This document shows, one piece after another, positions 8,842 to 18,357 of a stretch of 64,000 nt of DNA. The stretch spans positions 256,696 through 320,695 of the forward strand of contig CAWBPL010000002.1 of the NCBI GenBank assembly GCA_963790805.1, in the 5' to 3' direction. Each line of letters starts with the position of its first letter. Within the stretch, counting starts at the first letter, position 1. This DNA is from Candidatus Gottesmanbacteria bacterium. Its GTDB lineage: Bacteria; Patescibacteriota; Microgenomatia; UBA10105; UBA927. Under the pieces are notes generated by a model that was given only the letters and a program-made list of their open reading frames with translations, was not told where the DNA came from and ran no database searches. A program made the position numbers and the translations under genes.

Positions 8842-10375
8842 TTTCAAAATAATTATTTCGTGCAGGACCAGTGGTCACGGCAGCAATTGGAACGGCAAGC
8901 CGTCGTTGAATAAACGCTAAAAACTTTTTTGCATTTTCCGGTAATTGTTTAAACGTATGTGCCTGTCGTACATCAGTCCCATTCCAACCCGGCAACTCAA
9001 CATACTGCGGAATAACGTCAACAAGATATGCAAGTCCCGATTGATACGGAACATAGTTGCCATGTTTATCTACGTAATGCGTACAAACCTTTACAGGGAT
9101 GTCCTCCCATGCAATATCCAGATGAGTTCCAGCCAAAAGCTCTATCCCAGACATTCTGATATTGTATGCTAGCATCGCGAGGTCAAGATGGAGAATATCG
9201 CGAGGACGCCCGGTCGTCGTACCGTATTCGTGTGCTTCATCCCGCACTCGTCTTGCCCAATCATTATCTGCTTCGGTCGGCATATGTCGAGCACCTACAC
9301 TTGATGTATAAGGCACTTTAAAAACACCTATACGCTCCCCTATGTCGCTTGCTTTCCAAAAACCGGTACCGGTTTGAATGCCATAGACCGATGTATCGGA
9401 AGCGGTAATATCAGGAAGCGTCCCCAGCCATGCATGAAGTCCCAACGCCTGCGCGCCCTCGAATAATATTCCCTGCGACACATCTTCGTACATTTTTCTG
9501 TGGAGAAGATACGTGTTACAGACCATTTTTCGGTAGATCAATTCGTTTCTTGCTTTTGCCAACCGCTGTAAATATTTTTCTTTTGATCCCACAGATCGCT
9601 TTTGTTCTTTTTTTGTCTTTTTCGTTCTTATAAAATCCGGCACTTCAACATCAGAAAGTTTTAAACCATACAGATGAAATTCTTGATCATACCGGTCATA
9701 TTGGAGCGCCAATTGTTGTTTCCATTCTTTATCCATTAAATCAGCTATATGAAAACCCAATCGATCGTAATGATGCGCATAGGATGGACCGATTCCTCTT
9801 CCCGTTCCGCCTCCCGCTTTTCCCTGCCGTTTCCGATTCAGCAATTCTTCTGCGCGGTCCAAATCGGTATTAAGTACTGCATCATTTGATAAAAATAACT
9901 TTCCTTTTACCGAACCAGTCGCTTCTTCAACAATGTGAATTTCGTCGACAAGATCACTTGGATTTATTGTCATTCCCCGATCCATGATACAGGTTGTATT
10001 TTTATACATGACGCCGCAGGGAATTTGATGAAGAGCCAAATGAACATTATGCACCTCTACCGTATGACCAGAATTATTTCCTCCCTGAAAACGCACAACG
10101 GTAACTCCTTTTATTTTCTGGTTTGAAAAAAATGAACCGATTTTATTATCAATAATCCGACCTTTTCCTTCATCACCCAATGCTGCACCCACCACACACC
10201 CTGTATTTGGTCGTGCAACTGCATGAACTGTTTTAGAACTATTTTTCTTCATGCCGACGGAAATGCTATTTCGTTTATAAATATCTTCGAGGTCTTTTTT
10301 ACTATCCCGCTCAGGATGGAGAAAACGGTTCGTCCGTTCACGATTCAAAAATGCTCCGTATTTTCGCGGCATCAT
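8831..10375 (-). CDS. purA: adenylosuccinate synthetase with N-terminal extension and internal basic insertion
   Basis: GDEGKGRIID, QGGNNSGHTV, TGRGIGPSY, TTTGRPR motifs. Start uncertain: TTG at 10438 (track), ATG-ATG at 10375/10372, or ATG at 10252. Confidence 0.85.
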   Translation of the reverse strand: MMPRKYGAFLNRERTNRFLHPERDSKKDLEDIYKRNSISVGMKKNSSKTVHAVARPNTGCVVGAALGDEGKGRIIDNKIGSFFSNQKIKGVTVVRFQGGNNSGHTVEVHNVHLALHQIPCGVMYKNTTCIMDRGMTINPSDLVDEIHIVEEATGSVKGKLFLSNDAVLNTDLDRAEELLNRKRQGKAGGGTGRGIGPSYAHHYDRLGFHIADLMDKEWKQQLALQYDRYDQEFHLYGLKLSDVEVPDFIRTKKTKKEQKRSVGSKEKYLQRLAKARNELIYRKMVCNTYLLHRKMYEDVSQGILFEGAQALGLHAWLGTLPDITASDTSVYGIQTGTGFWKASDIGERIGVFKVPYTSSVGARHMPTEADNDWARRVRDEAHEYGTTTGRPRDILHLDLAMLAYNIRMSGIELLAGTHLDIAWEDIPVKVCTHYVDKHGNYVPYQSGLAYLVDVIPQYVELPGWNGTDVRQAHTFKQLPENAKKFLAFIQRRLAVPIAAVTTGPARNNYFEIIF

Positions 10376-10408
10376 AAAGTATAGAGAGGCAGAATATAAG
10401 ACGAACCA

Positions 10409-10438
10409 ACTATAAAGCGAAGAAAACCACTTTGTCAA
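10409..10438 (-). promoter_or_regulatory. sigma70-type promoter upstream of purA
   Basis: Minus strand: TTGACA (10438-10433), 18-nt spacer, TATAGT (10414-10409). The -35 box contains the TTG that the ORF track used as the start codon. Confidence 0.45.
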
Positions 10439-10447
10439 TCACTGATC

Positions 10448-11935
10448 TTACTGTGGCTCGTTGATAATAACGGGTTTGAGACGACTGAGTGCTTCAAGAG
10501 CATAATGCCCTCCTTGCACGCCGACTCCGGATTGTTTAACGCCTAAAAATGGAAAGTGATCCGGCCCGCGCTGCGGAGAACTATTAACCTGAACAGTTCC
10601 GACGTTTAATAAACCCGCATATTTCATCCCTGTTCCTTCATCAGTCGTAAACACACATGCCTGCAAACCGAACCGCTGACTGTTGACGATACGCGCCGCT
10701 TCATCCATATCGTTAATCGTGATAAATGAAATCACCGGTCCGAATACTTCGGTCGAAACGATCTTCATCGTGGGTTTGACGTTCGTCAAAATGGTCGGTT
10801 CGATAAATGCATCTTTCCTGTGACCGCCAAGAGCTATCGTTGCTCCCTCCGCTACCGCTTGGTTAATCGCCTGCTCTATTCCCTCTGCTGCTTTTACCGA
10901 GATAACGGGACCAGCCATCTTAGTCTCAGGGTCTCGGGGGTCACCCACATGGACAAGCGTTTTCATCTGTTCCACAACGGCAGGAAAAAGCTTGTCGAGT
11001 ACGCTCTGGAATCCCATGACATATTTAATTGCCGTGCACCGTTGCCCAGCAAACGAAAATCCTCCGCGAATAATTTCTTTCGCCGTAAGCGTCATATCGG
11101 CATCAGGAAAAACAATAGCCGCATTATTGCCGCCGCATTCAAACATGAGTGGTTTCATTGGCGCTTTACCGGCAATCGCCATTCCTGTATCGGAACTTCC
11201 TGTAAATGCAATCATATTAATCTTTGGATGCGATACAAGATAATCACCGATCTCGCTGCCGAGACCTGTCACGCATGTGAGGACTCCTTCGGGAACCCCT
11301 GCTTTTTCAAAAATACGGGTTAAATATAAACCGCTTATGCCTCCTACAGTCGGAGGTTTGAAAACAACGGCGTTACCCATAAGAAGGGCCGGAGCAATTT
11401 TACTTCCCGCCAAATTCACCGGATAGTTAAATGGTGCGATTGCAAGCACAACGCCTTGTGCAACCCGAGAAACGATTGCTGTTTTTCCTTTCGGATATCC
11501 CGGAAAATTATCGCTTTCCAATGTTTCGCCACGGATTGACTGCACCTCATCGGCGAAATAATCAGTAAACTCTGCCGTTCTTTTAATTTCACTCTTACTC
11601 TCTCCGACCGGTTTGCCAACCTCCCGTGTTAATAACTCAATAAGTTGATCCTGATAGTGAGTGATCCAATCTGCAGCCAGATGAATAATTTTTACCCGCT
11701 CGTTAAGCGGTGTTGCTTCCCATTTCTTTTGGGCAATAACCGCTGTATTAACCACTTCGTCAATTTCTTCCTTAGTCACTGATTGCAATTCACCAACAAC
11801 GGATCCGTCAATTGGAGATGTTATGGTAATTCGTTTACCGCTTTTACTTTCTATCCAGTCTTTCCCGTTGAAGTATCGATAGATGGGAGGAGTTCCGTTA
11901 TTGCTGATTGGTTCAAAGAAATTATCGGCAGGCAT
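10448..11935 (-). CDS. gapN: non-phosphorylating glyceraldehyde-3-phosphate dehydrogenase (ALDH superfamily)
   Basis: FECGGNNAAIVFPDADMTLTAKEIIRGGFSFAGQRCTAIKYV matches the GapN catalytic Glu/Cys region. Start at MPADNFF, supported by the leaderless promoter. Confidence 0.8.
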   Translation of the reverse strand: MPADNFFEPISNNGTPPIYRYFNGKDWIESKSGKRITITSPIDGSVVGELQSVTKEEIDEVVNTAVIAQKKWEATPLNERVKIIHLAADWITHYQDQLIELLTREVGKPVGESKSEIKRTAEFTDYFADEVQSIRGETLESDNFPGYPKGKTAIVSRVAQGVVLAIAPFNYPVNLAGSKIAPALLMGNAVVFKPPTVGGISGLYLTRIFEKAGVPEGVLTCVTGLGSEIGDYLVSHPKINMIAFTGSSDTGMAIAGKAPMKPLMFECGGNNAAIVFPDADMTLTAKEIIRGGFSFAGQRCTAIKYVMGFQSVLDKLFPAVVEQMKTLVHVGDPRDPETKMAGPVISVKAAEGIEQAINQAVAEGATIALGGHRKDAFIEPTILTNVKPTMKIVSTEVFGPVISFITINDMDEAARIVNSQRFGLQACVFTTDEGTGMKYAGLLNVGTVQVNSSPQRGPDHFPFLGVKQSGVGVQGGHYALEALSRLKPVIINEPQ

Positions 11936-11941
11936 GCATCT

Positions 11942-11971
11942 AGTATAAAACCATAGGGAAGGAAATGTAAA
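11942..11971 (-). promoter_or_regulatory. sigma70-type promoter, leaderless, for gapN
   Basis: Minus strand: TTTACA (11971-11966), 18-nt spacer, TATACT (11947-11942), 6 nt, ATG (11935). Confidence 0.55.
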
Positions 11972-11981
11972 GTGGCACACA

Positions 11982-12713
11982 TCAACCGAGACGCTTTATC
12001 ATGCATGCCGTCATATTATCATCGCTCCCGTGTTCCTCGGCTGTTCGTAAAAGATGAACTATGGCAGTTGTTATGTTGTCTGTTGTTTTCCCTGCCACTT
12101 CAAAGGTCGTACGCATTTCATCTTCACTAATAAAATTTATAACTCCATCTGTCGCTACGAGTACTATGTCGCCCGGCAAAAATTTCTCAACGGTTATATG
12201 AGGAATTATTCCCAATCGTCGAATACCCAAGAAATTAGTCAACTCACCATTCTTATCAATATCCAAGGGTGTAAGAACATCAATGAGCCCTTCGCGATAG
12301 AGGAAAATACTCGTATCTCCTACACTACCCACCCAAATTTTTTGGGCGCCGATAATCGCTACTGCGAGTGTCGTAGACAATCCTGATTCAAAACCGCTTT
12401 CTCTCCGTTTTTGCCATACCGTAAGATTTGACGAACGAAATATTCGTTTTAATAATAATCGCTTATCCGCCCAATAGAACGGTCGAAGACGGATATGCTT
12501 ATATCCCCACAGCGCAGTTTCCGCAGCGATTCGTGCGGCTGTATCGCCATGGGGAATCCCTGCTACCCCGTCTGCGACCACAAAACATTCATCGTTCAAA
12601 TGGATGAAACAATCTTCCTGAGACGGCCGCTTGCCCTGAAGCTGAGTACCGGCAAAAAGAATCGTCTGTTTATTCAACTGATTTTTTCGGGCTATCGGAT
12701 CGACAAATCTCAT
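11982..12713 (-). CDS. PP2C-family Ser/Thr protein phosphatase
   Basis: [35 protein letters not shown] motifs. Start taken at the ATG that forms an ATGA overlap with the sodA stop (12710-12713). Confidence 0.8.
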   Translation of the reverse strand: MRFVDPIARKNQLNKQTILFAGTQLQGKRPSQEDCFIHLNDECFVVADGVAGIPHGDTAARIAAETALWGYKHIRLRPFYWADKRLLLKRIFRSSNLTVWQKRRESGFESGLSTTLAVAIIGAQKIWVGSVGDTSIFLYREGLIDVLTPLDIDKNGELTNFLGIRRLGIIPHITVEKFLPGDIVLVATDGVINFISEDEMRTTFEVAGKTTDNITTAIVHLLRTAEEHGSDDNMTACMIKRLG

Positions 12714-13333
12714 GAAGTCATAGCAAGGATAAAACGCCTCTCCACTTCCCTCCAATGTACCACATTCCACCATGCTTTAATGTAATCTACCCGCATATTT
12801 TGATATTTCAAATAATACGCGTGTTCCCATACATCAAGCGCCAATATCGGCGTCTTCCCCTCTGTCAGCGGGCTGTCCTGATTCGGTGTATCTATAATTG
12901 AAAGTTTTTTACTATCAATCACAAGCCAAGCCCATCCGCTTCCAAATCTGCCCATAGCCACCGCCGAAAATTTTTCCTGAAATTGGGTAAATCCGCCAAA
13001 CGTTGCATCAATCACATTGGCTAATTCTCCCTGCGGCCTGCCTGTCGAAGCCTTGGCCGAGGCGGGCGTCATAACCTGCCAAAAGAAACTATGGTTTGCG
13101 TGCCCTCCCGCATTATTTCGAACTTTAGTCCGGATCGATTCAGGAACACCCGACACCTGAGCCACCAATGTATCAACTTGCATTGATAGAAATTTATCCA
13201 TTCCAACCAGTACATCATTCAGATTTTTCACATACGCTGCATGATGCTTATCATGATGTATTTGCATCGTACGCTCGTCAATGTACGGTTCAAGCGCGTT
13301 ATATGCGTATGGTAAATTTGGTAACGTAAACAT
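12710..13333 (-). CDS. sodA: Fe/Mn superoxide dismutase
   Basis: [33 protein letters not shown]. Start at the internal ATG, preceded by AAAGGAGG 5 nt upstream. The 49-codon N-terminal extension in the track is rejected. Confidence 0.9.
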   Translation of the reverse strand: MFTLPNLPYAYNALEPYIDERTMQIHHDKHHAAYVKNLNDVLVGMDKFLSMQVDTLVAQVSGVPESIRTKVRNNAGGHANHSFFWQVMTPASAKASTGRPQGELANVIDATFGGFTQFQEKFSAVAMGRFGSGWAWLVIDSKKLSIIDTPNQDSPLTEGKTPILALDVWEHAYYLKYQNMRVDYIKAWWNVVHWREVERRFILAMTS

Positions 13334-13435
13334 GTATCCTCCTTTGTAATATAAATCACATTCTATATCTATTATACACAATAGGTCTATAACAATCATA
13401 TTCAGGAGTTTTGATTTCTTGTATAATGAACGCAC

Positions 13436-15664
13436 ATGTTTGCTCACATTAAAAATTTCTGGAAAAAGCACGTTCAACACAAAGTCAAAGTAAGCAATAA
13501 GACTGCTAAAACAATGCGTTGGGCGTTTTGGTTACTGCCATTATCCTTCATAGTATTAAGCTATCTGTTAATCTTTAAAGACCTACCGTCTCCCTCCAAA
13601 CTCGGACAATATAACGTACCCTTAGCCACTAAAATTTACGACCGGAACGGCAAACTCATTTTTGACATTTTCGCGGATCAAAACAGAACCGCGGTACCGC
13701 TTTCTCAAATCCCGAAATATCTTCAGGAAGCTACTATTTCGATCGAAGATAAAGATTTTTATAAGCATCAGGGTATTGATCCGGTCGGTGGAGTACTGCG
13801 GGCCATGACGGCCATGATCAAAGGTCAAAACCTCCAAGGGGGATCAACAATTACGCAGCAGTTGGTTAAATCAGAACTTCTTTCTCCTGAGCGAACGATC
13901 ACCCGAAAAATTCGGGAGGCGATTCTCGCGGTCTGGGTCGAATTTTTGTATCCGAAAGATAAAATTCTGGAAATGTATCTCAATGAAGTGCCGTATGGGG
14001 GTACTGCGTGGGGTGTCGAATCTGCGGCAGAACGATATTTCGGAAAAAATGTAAAAGATTTAACACTCGCTGAGGCATCCCTTCTTGCGGGGCTTCCGCA
14101 GGCTCCAACATCATATTCGCCATTCGGCGCTCATCCTGAATACGCAAAAGAGCGCCAAAAAGAAGTGCTTCACAGGATGGTCGAAGATCACTATATTACC
14201 CAGCAACAAGCTGACGACGCATACGCTCAACCTCTGATTTATAAAAAAGAAACAGGGCTGAAGGCTGGTCACTTCGTTATGTATGTCAAAGACTTGTTGG
14301 TCCAACAATACGGCGAGGCGCTTGTTGAACGGGGCGGTCTGAAAGTCACAACAACCCTTGATCTTGATCTTCAGGAATACGCTCAGGCGACGGTCGCGGC
14401 CGAAGTAGCAAAGCTTAAATCATATAATGTCGGCAATGGCGCGGCTCTCATCACCAAACCGGCAACAGGAGAAATACTTGCGATGGTGGGTAGCACCGAT
14501 TATTTTGCATCTCCGTCAGGAAGCTACAATGTGACTATCGCTCTTCGTCAACCCGGTTCCTCAATTAAACCCATCAATTATGCCATCGGACTGGAAAATC
14601 ATATCGTAACTCCGGCAACGATGTTTTTGGATGAACCGACGTGCTTTCAAATTACCGATCAACCGCTCTATTGTCCGCAAAATTATGACAATAAATTCCA
14701 CGGTCCCGAACAGCTTCGGTTTGCGCTTGGGAATTCATTTAATATTCCAGCGGTAAAAATGCTGAAATTAAATTCTGTTCAAACAATGGTTGCCTCAGCC
14801 TCCGCATTCGGGTTAACCACTATCACTGATTCATCAAAATACGGCTTATCACTCACGTTGGGCGGCGGCGAGGTACATATGACCGATATGGCCGAAGCAT
14901 ATGGGGTATTTGCAAATGCAGGAATTCGTAAAGATCTCGTATCAATTCTGAAGGTCGTGGATAAAAATGGAAAAATTCTTGAAGAATATAAAGACCCAAA
15001 CTTGAATAAAGACCTTCCGTCTCAGCTTCTTCTTCAGGGCACTCGCGTCATATCGCCGGAAACCGCATTTCTTATCTCACACATTCTTCTTGATAACAAT
15101 GCACGTATGACCGAATTTGGGCCGGATTCCGAGCTTGTTGTTCCCGGACATGCCGTCTCAGTTAAAACCGGCACAACAAATGATTTCCGCGACAACTGGA
15201 CCATCGGGTTTACTCCGCAATATCTTGTCGCTACATGGGTCGGAAATAACGACAATACTCCCATGAATTCTGCGCTCGTTTCAGGAATCACGGGGGCCGC
15301 CCCCATTTGGAATAAACTTATGGCAGAAGTCTTAAAAGGAAAACCCGATCTATGGCCGAATCAACCGGATGGCATAGTGGGAGCCCGCATATGTTCTCTT
15401 TCTGGGCTTCTCCCGCCGAACCCAAGTGATCAGGGAGACCCCGGGTGTCCAATCCGTTTTGAATACTTTATTAAAGGTACAGTTCCAACTCAACGGGAAC
15501 AACTAAACCAAAGTGTACTTATCGATAAATCCACAGGCGACATTGCGGCACCGGATAAAACAGATAATGTTGAGCCACAAACACATCAAGTACTCTCAGA
15601 CGGACTCACCACGTGGTGTCTTGATTGTCAGCACCCAGCAAATACACCGGCGATCGTAAAATAA
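13436..15664 (+). CDS. class A penicillin-binding protein (glycosyltransferase + transpeptidase), copy 1
   Basis: GT51 motifs [10 protein letters not shown] and GGSTITQQL. Transpeptidase motifs SSIK, SFN, KTGTTND. N-terminal TM anchor. TATAAT (13422-13427) lies 8 nt before the ATG. Confidence 0.9.
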   Translation: MFAHIKNFWKKHVQHKVKVSNKTAKTMRWAFWLLPLSFIVLSYLLIFKDLPSPSKLGQYNVPLATKIYDRNGKLIFDIFADQNRTAVPLSQIPKYLQEATISIEDKDFYKHQGIDPVGGVLRAMTAMIKGQNLQGGSTITQQLVKSELLSPERTITRKIREAILAVWVEFLYPKDKILEMYLNEVPYGGTAWGVESAAERYFGKNVKDLTLAEASLLAGLPQAPTSYSPFGAHPEYAKERQKEVLHRMVEDHYITQQQADDAYAQPLIYKKETGLKAGHFVMYVKDLLVQQYGEALVERGGLKVTTTLDLDLQEYAQATVAAEVAKLKSYNVGNGAALITKPATGEILAMVGSTDYFASPSGSYNVTIALRQPGSSIKPINYAIGLENHIVTPATMFLDEPTCFQITDQPLYCPQNYDNKFHGPEQLRFALGNSFNIPAVKMLKLNSVQTMVASASAFGLTTITDSSKYGLSLTLGGGEVHMTDMAEAYGVFANAGIRKDLVSILKVVDKNGKILEEYKDPNLNKDLPSQLLLQGTRVISPETAFLISHILLDNNARMTEFGPDSELVVPGHAVSVKTGTTNDFRDNWTIGFTPQYLVATWVGNNDNTPMNSALVSGITGAAPIWNKLMAEVLKGKPDLWPNQPDGIVGARICSLSGLLPPNPSDQGDPGCPIRFEYFIKGTVPTQREQLNQSVLIDKSTGDIAAPDKTDNVEPQTHQVLSDGLTTWCLDCQHPANTPAIVK

Positions 15665-15693
15665 CACAGTACTTCTTTTTAAAAGCATCCCTC

Positions 15694-15722
15694 TTGTGAG
15701 AGCCTATAGATTATGGTATAAA
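15694..15722 (+). promoter_or_regulatory. sigma70-type promoter (extended -10) for PBP copy 2
   Basis: TTGTGA (15694-15699), 17-nt spacer, TGgTATAAA (15714-15722). Gives a leader of about 53 nt to ATG 15783. Confidence 0.5.
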
Positions 15723-15782
15723 CAACATCTGCGGACCGCAATAGAAACCCAAACTGGTATATTTACCCATAAATAGAAAACC

Positions 15783-18347
15783 ATGGAACTTTTATTATTT
15801 ATTGTACGCTTCTTTATCGCTATCGGTGATGGTGTTCGATTCTTATTTCGACTCATTTATTTAATTCCTTTATGGACCTATAACACAATCATTCGAGCCT
15901 TCAAATACATCGGTCGGGCGTGTAATGTACTCATACAAAATATATATGCTGTTCTTAAACCAAAACGATTGCCCGGAAGACCAAAAAAGAAGATATCCGC
16001 TTCATCTCTTCCGACAACCTTTTTCTCTTCACCGTTTCACGGCGGAATCAGGATAATCCGTCAAATAGTGCACTTCGGGGATACTGTTATTACATGGCCT
16101 TTTAAAGCAACTTTATCAGTATGGCAAAATTGCATTCAATATGCACGTTCAATCCAAAATAGCATTGCCAAACGCCAAACACTTGTAAAGAAATTGGGTG
16201 AACGGAAACGCGAAAAAGAAAAAGAGCTTTCAAAAATACCAAGAACACAATTTCAATTTCCGCACGTATCACTTCCTAAAATTTCTTTGCCTACTATTTC
16301 TTTGCCTACGATTTCAACACGCGAACAAATCCAAGGTCCAATTGTCATATTTCAACGTCCGAAAAAAGTTTCACTCTCAAAAGTAGAACAGTTGAAATCT
16401 TTTATCACTGGCGTTGCCGTAACTATTCTTTTCGTTTTTTTGCCATATACGACCTACCAGTGGTTAAAAATGTTACCGAACCCCCAATTGCTTACCCGCC
16501 GAGATCTTCAGGTCACAACAAAAATATTCGACCGCAATGGTGAATTATTGTTCGAAATTTATGCCGATCAAAACCGCACACCGCTTCCCCTTGCCGACAT
16601 CCCGTTGTATATGCAGGAAGCCACTATCTCCATAGAAGACAAGGATTTCTATCATCATCAAGGCGTATCGCTTCCTGGTATCGTACGGGCCGCGCGTGAA
16701 ACTGTCTTTAATAATCAGGTTCAAGGAGGATCGACCATTACCCAACAACTGATCAAATCCGCTCTTTTATCTCCCGAAGTAAGTATTACGCGAAAACTCA
16801 AAGAAATTTTCCTCGCTTTCTGGGCTGAGCGTTTATATACTAAAAAACAGATTCTTGAAATGTACCTCAATCAAGTTCCCTACGGAGGAACCGCGTGGGG
16901 TGTTGAGGCTGCAGCTCAAACATATTTTGGTAAATCGGCAAAAGACATTAATCTTTCTGAAGCGGCCTTACTTGCTGGGCTTCCTGCTGCACCATCGGAA
17001 TATTCACCATTTGGAGAACACCCTGAAAAGGCTTTTGAACGCCAAAAAGAAGTACTTCGCCGAATGGCTGAAGATCACTACATCACGCCGGAGCAAGAAC
17101 AAGCAGCACTGAATACGCATATTACATTTACTCAACCGCGCGTTGCCATCCGTGCTCCGCATTTTGTCATGTACGTGAGAAATCTTTTGGAACAACGGTA
17201 CGGACCGCGGTTGGTCGAACAGGGGGGGCTACGTATCACAACAACACTGGATTTATCCGTTCAGGATAAGGTGCAGGAAATCGTCAAGAATCAGGTAAAT
17301 GCACTTTCTGATCTTCAGGTTGGCAATGGCGCGGCAATGGTAACAAATCCAAAAACAGGCGAAATATTAGCCATGGTTGGAAGTAAAGATTTTTTTGACA
17401 CCGATGCTGATGGAAACGTCAACGTCACAACCAGTCTTCGTCAACCTGGATCTTCGATAAAAGTTGTTAATTATGCGGCTGCTCTGGAAGACGGATTTAC
17501 AGCAGCAACAATTCTTGACGATTCACCCGTTGTCTATCAGAGTTTTGGAAGTGTGCCGTATGCTCCAGTCAATTATGATGGCAAATTCCACGGACCGACA
17601 CCGCTTCGCTATGCTCTTGCCAATTCATATAACATTCCGGCTGTAAAAGTGCTCAATAAAATCGGCGTTCAAACAATGATTGATAAGGGGCGCCTCATGG
17701 GCATTACAACGTGGAATGACCCAAGTCAATATGGACTTTCACTTACATTGGGAGGCGGCGATGTAACTATGCTTGACATGATGAAAGTTTTTGGAACACT
17801 CGCCAACGACGGGAAACGCGTTGATCTGAATCCTATTCTTGAAGTCACTGACTATACCGGACACGTGTACGAAAAAAATACACCTGCTCCACCCGTCCAA
17901 GCGGTTAAACCGGAGGTCGCATGGATCCTCAGTAACATCTTAAGCGATAACACTGCTCGTATGGCAGCGTTCGGGCCCAATTCAAGTTTAGTGATACCGG
18001 GGAAAACTGTTTCGGTAAAAACCGGAACAACAAATGACAAGCGGGATAATTGGACAATCGGATATACCCCCTCATATGTTGCCGCCGTCTGGGTCGGTAA
18101 TAATGATAATTCGCCGATGAATCCGTATCTGACATCGGGTATTACTGGAGCGGCTCCAATTTGGCATGATATTATGACGGAACTATTGAAAAACAAACCG
18201 GATGAGGTTCCTGTTAAACCTGACACCGTCGTTTCGGTGCCGTGTTACTATGGAAGACCTGAATATTTTATCGCAGGTACACAGCCTGTGAGCGGACAAT
18301 GTGCGCCTTTGCCAACATCAACCCCAACGCCCACGCCGACGCCCTAA
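15783..18347 (+). CDS. class A penicillin-binding protein, copy 2, with ~215-aa N-terminal extension
   Basis: [35 protein letters not shown] helix at about aa 215. The extension carries PGRPKKK and (ISLPT)x3. C-terminus is PTSTPTPTPTP. Confidence 0.9.
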   Translation: MELLLFIVRFFIAIGDGVRFLFRLIYLIPLWTYNTIIRAFKYIGRACNVLIQNIYAVLKPKRLPGRPKKKISASSLPTTFFSSPFHGGIRIIRQIVHFGDTVITWPFKATLSVWQNCIQYARSIQNSIAKRQTLVKKLGERKREKEKELSKIPRTQFQFPHVSLPKISLPTISLPTISTREQIQGPIVIFQRPKKVSLSKVEQLKSFITGVAVTILFVFLPYTTYQWLKMLPNPQLLTRRDLQVTTKIFDRNGELLFEIYADQNRTPLPLADIPLYMQEATISIEDKDFYHHQGVSLPGIVRAARETVFNNQVQGGSTITQQLIKSALLSPEVSITRKLKEIFLAFWAERLYTKKQILEMYLNQVPYGGTAWGVEAAAQTYFGKSAKDINLSEAALLAGLPAAPSEYSPFGEHPEKAFERQKEVLRRMAEDHYITPEQEQAALNTHITFTQPRVAIRAPHFVMYVRNLLEQRYGPRLVEQGGLRITTTLDLSVQDKVQEIVKNQVNALSDLQVGNGAAMVTNPKTGEILAMVGSKDFFDTDADGNVNVTTSLRQPGSSIKVVNYAAALEDGFTAATILDDSPVVYQSFGSVPYAPVNYDGKFHGPTPLRYALANSYNIPAVKVLNKIGVQTMIDKGRLMGITTWNDPSQYGLSLTLGGGDVTMLDMMKVFGTLANDGKRVDLNPILEVTDYTGHVYEKNTPAPPVQAVKPEVAWILSNILSDNTARMAAFGPNSSLVIPGKTVSVKTGTTNDKRDNWTIGYTPSYVAAVWVGNNDNSPMNPYLTSGITGAAPIWHDIMTELLKNKPDEVPVKPDTVVSVPCYYGRPEYFIAGTQPVSGQCAPLPTSTPTPTPTP
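16266..16315 (+). repeat. 15-nt in-frame tandem repeat (atttctttgcctacN) inside PBP copy 2
   Basis: Units at 16281-16295 and 16296-16310, with degenerate flanking copies. Encodes VSLPK-ISLPT-ISLPT-IS. Confidence 0.8.
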
Positions 18348-18357
18348 GATATGTATC

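Noticed and set aside
10820-11323. 167-aa plus-strand ORF and other 60-150-aa ORFs lying inside or antisense to strongly assigned genes, e.g. 2245-2484, 4594-4827, 4998-5351, 7378-7599, 17852-18226, 23042-23476, 25840-26298, 26777-27278, 44099-44512, 50665-51087, 58726-59070, 61665-61976.
   Set aside because: All are shadow frames of genes with clear family motifs. They have no independent start signals and show low-complexity or Arg/Ser-rich translations typical of antisense frames.
12714-13480. N-terminal extensions in the ORF track for sodA (49 codons) and PP2C (20 codons), which make the two genes overlap by 64 nt.
   Set aside because: The sodA homology starts exactly at the internal ATG, which has a perfect SD. 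The PP2C internal ATG gives a clean ATGA junction. The extensions are AT-rich read-through of upstream sequence.
16266-16315. Short direct repeats that could be mistaken for a CRISPR or VNTR locus.
   Set aside because: There are only about 3 units of 15 nt, contiguous with no spacers. They are in frame inside the PBP gene and encode an ISLPT peptide repeat. No cas genes are present in the window.
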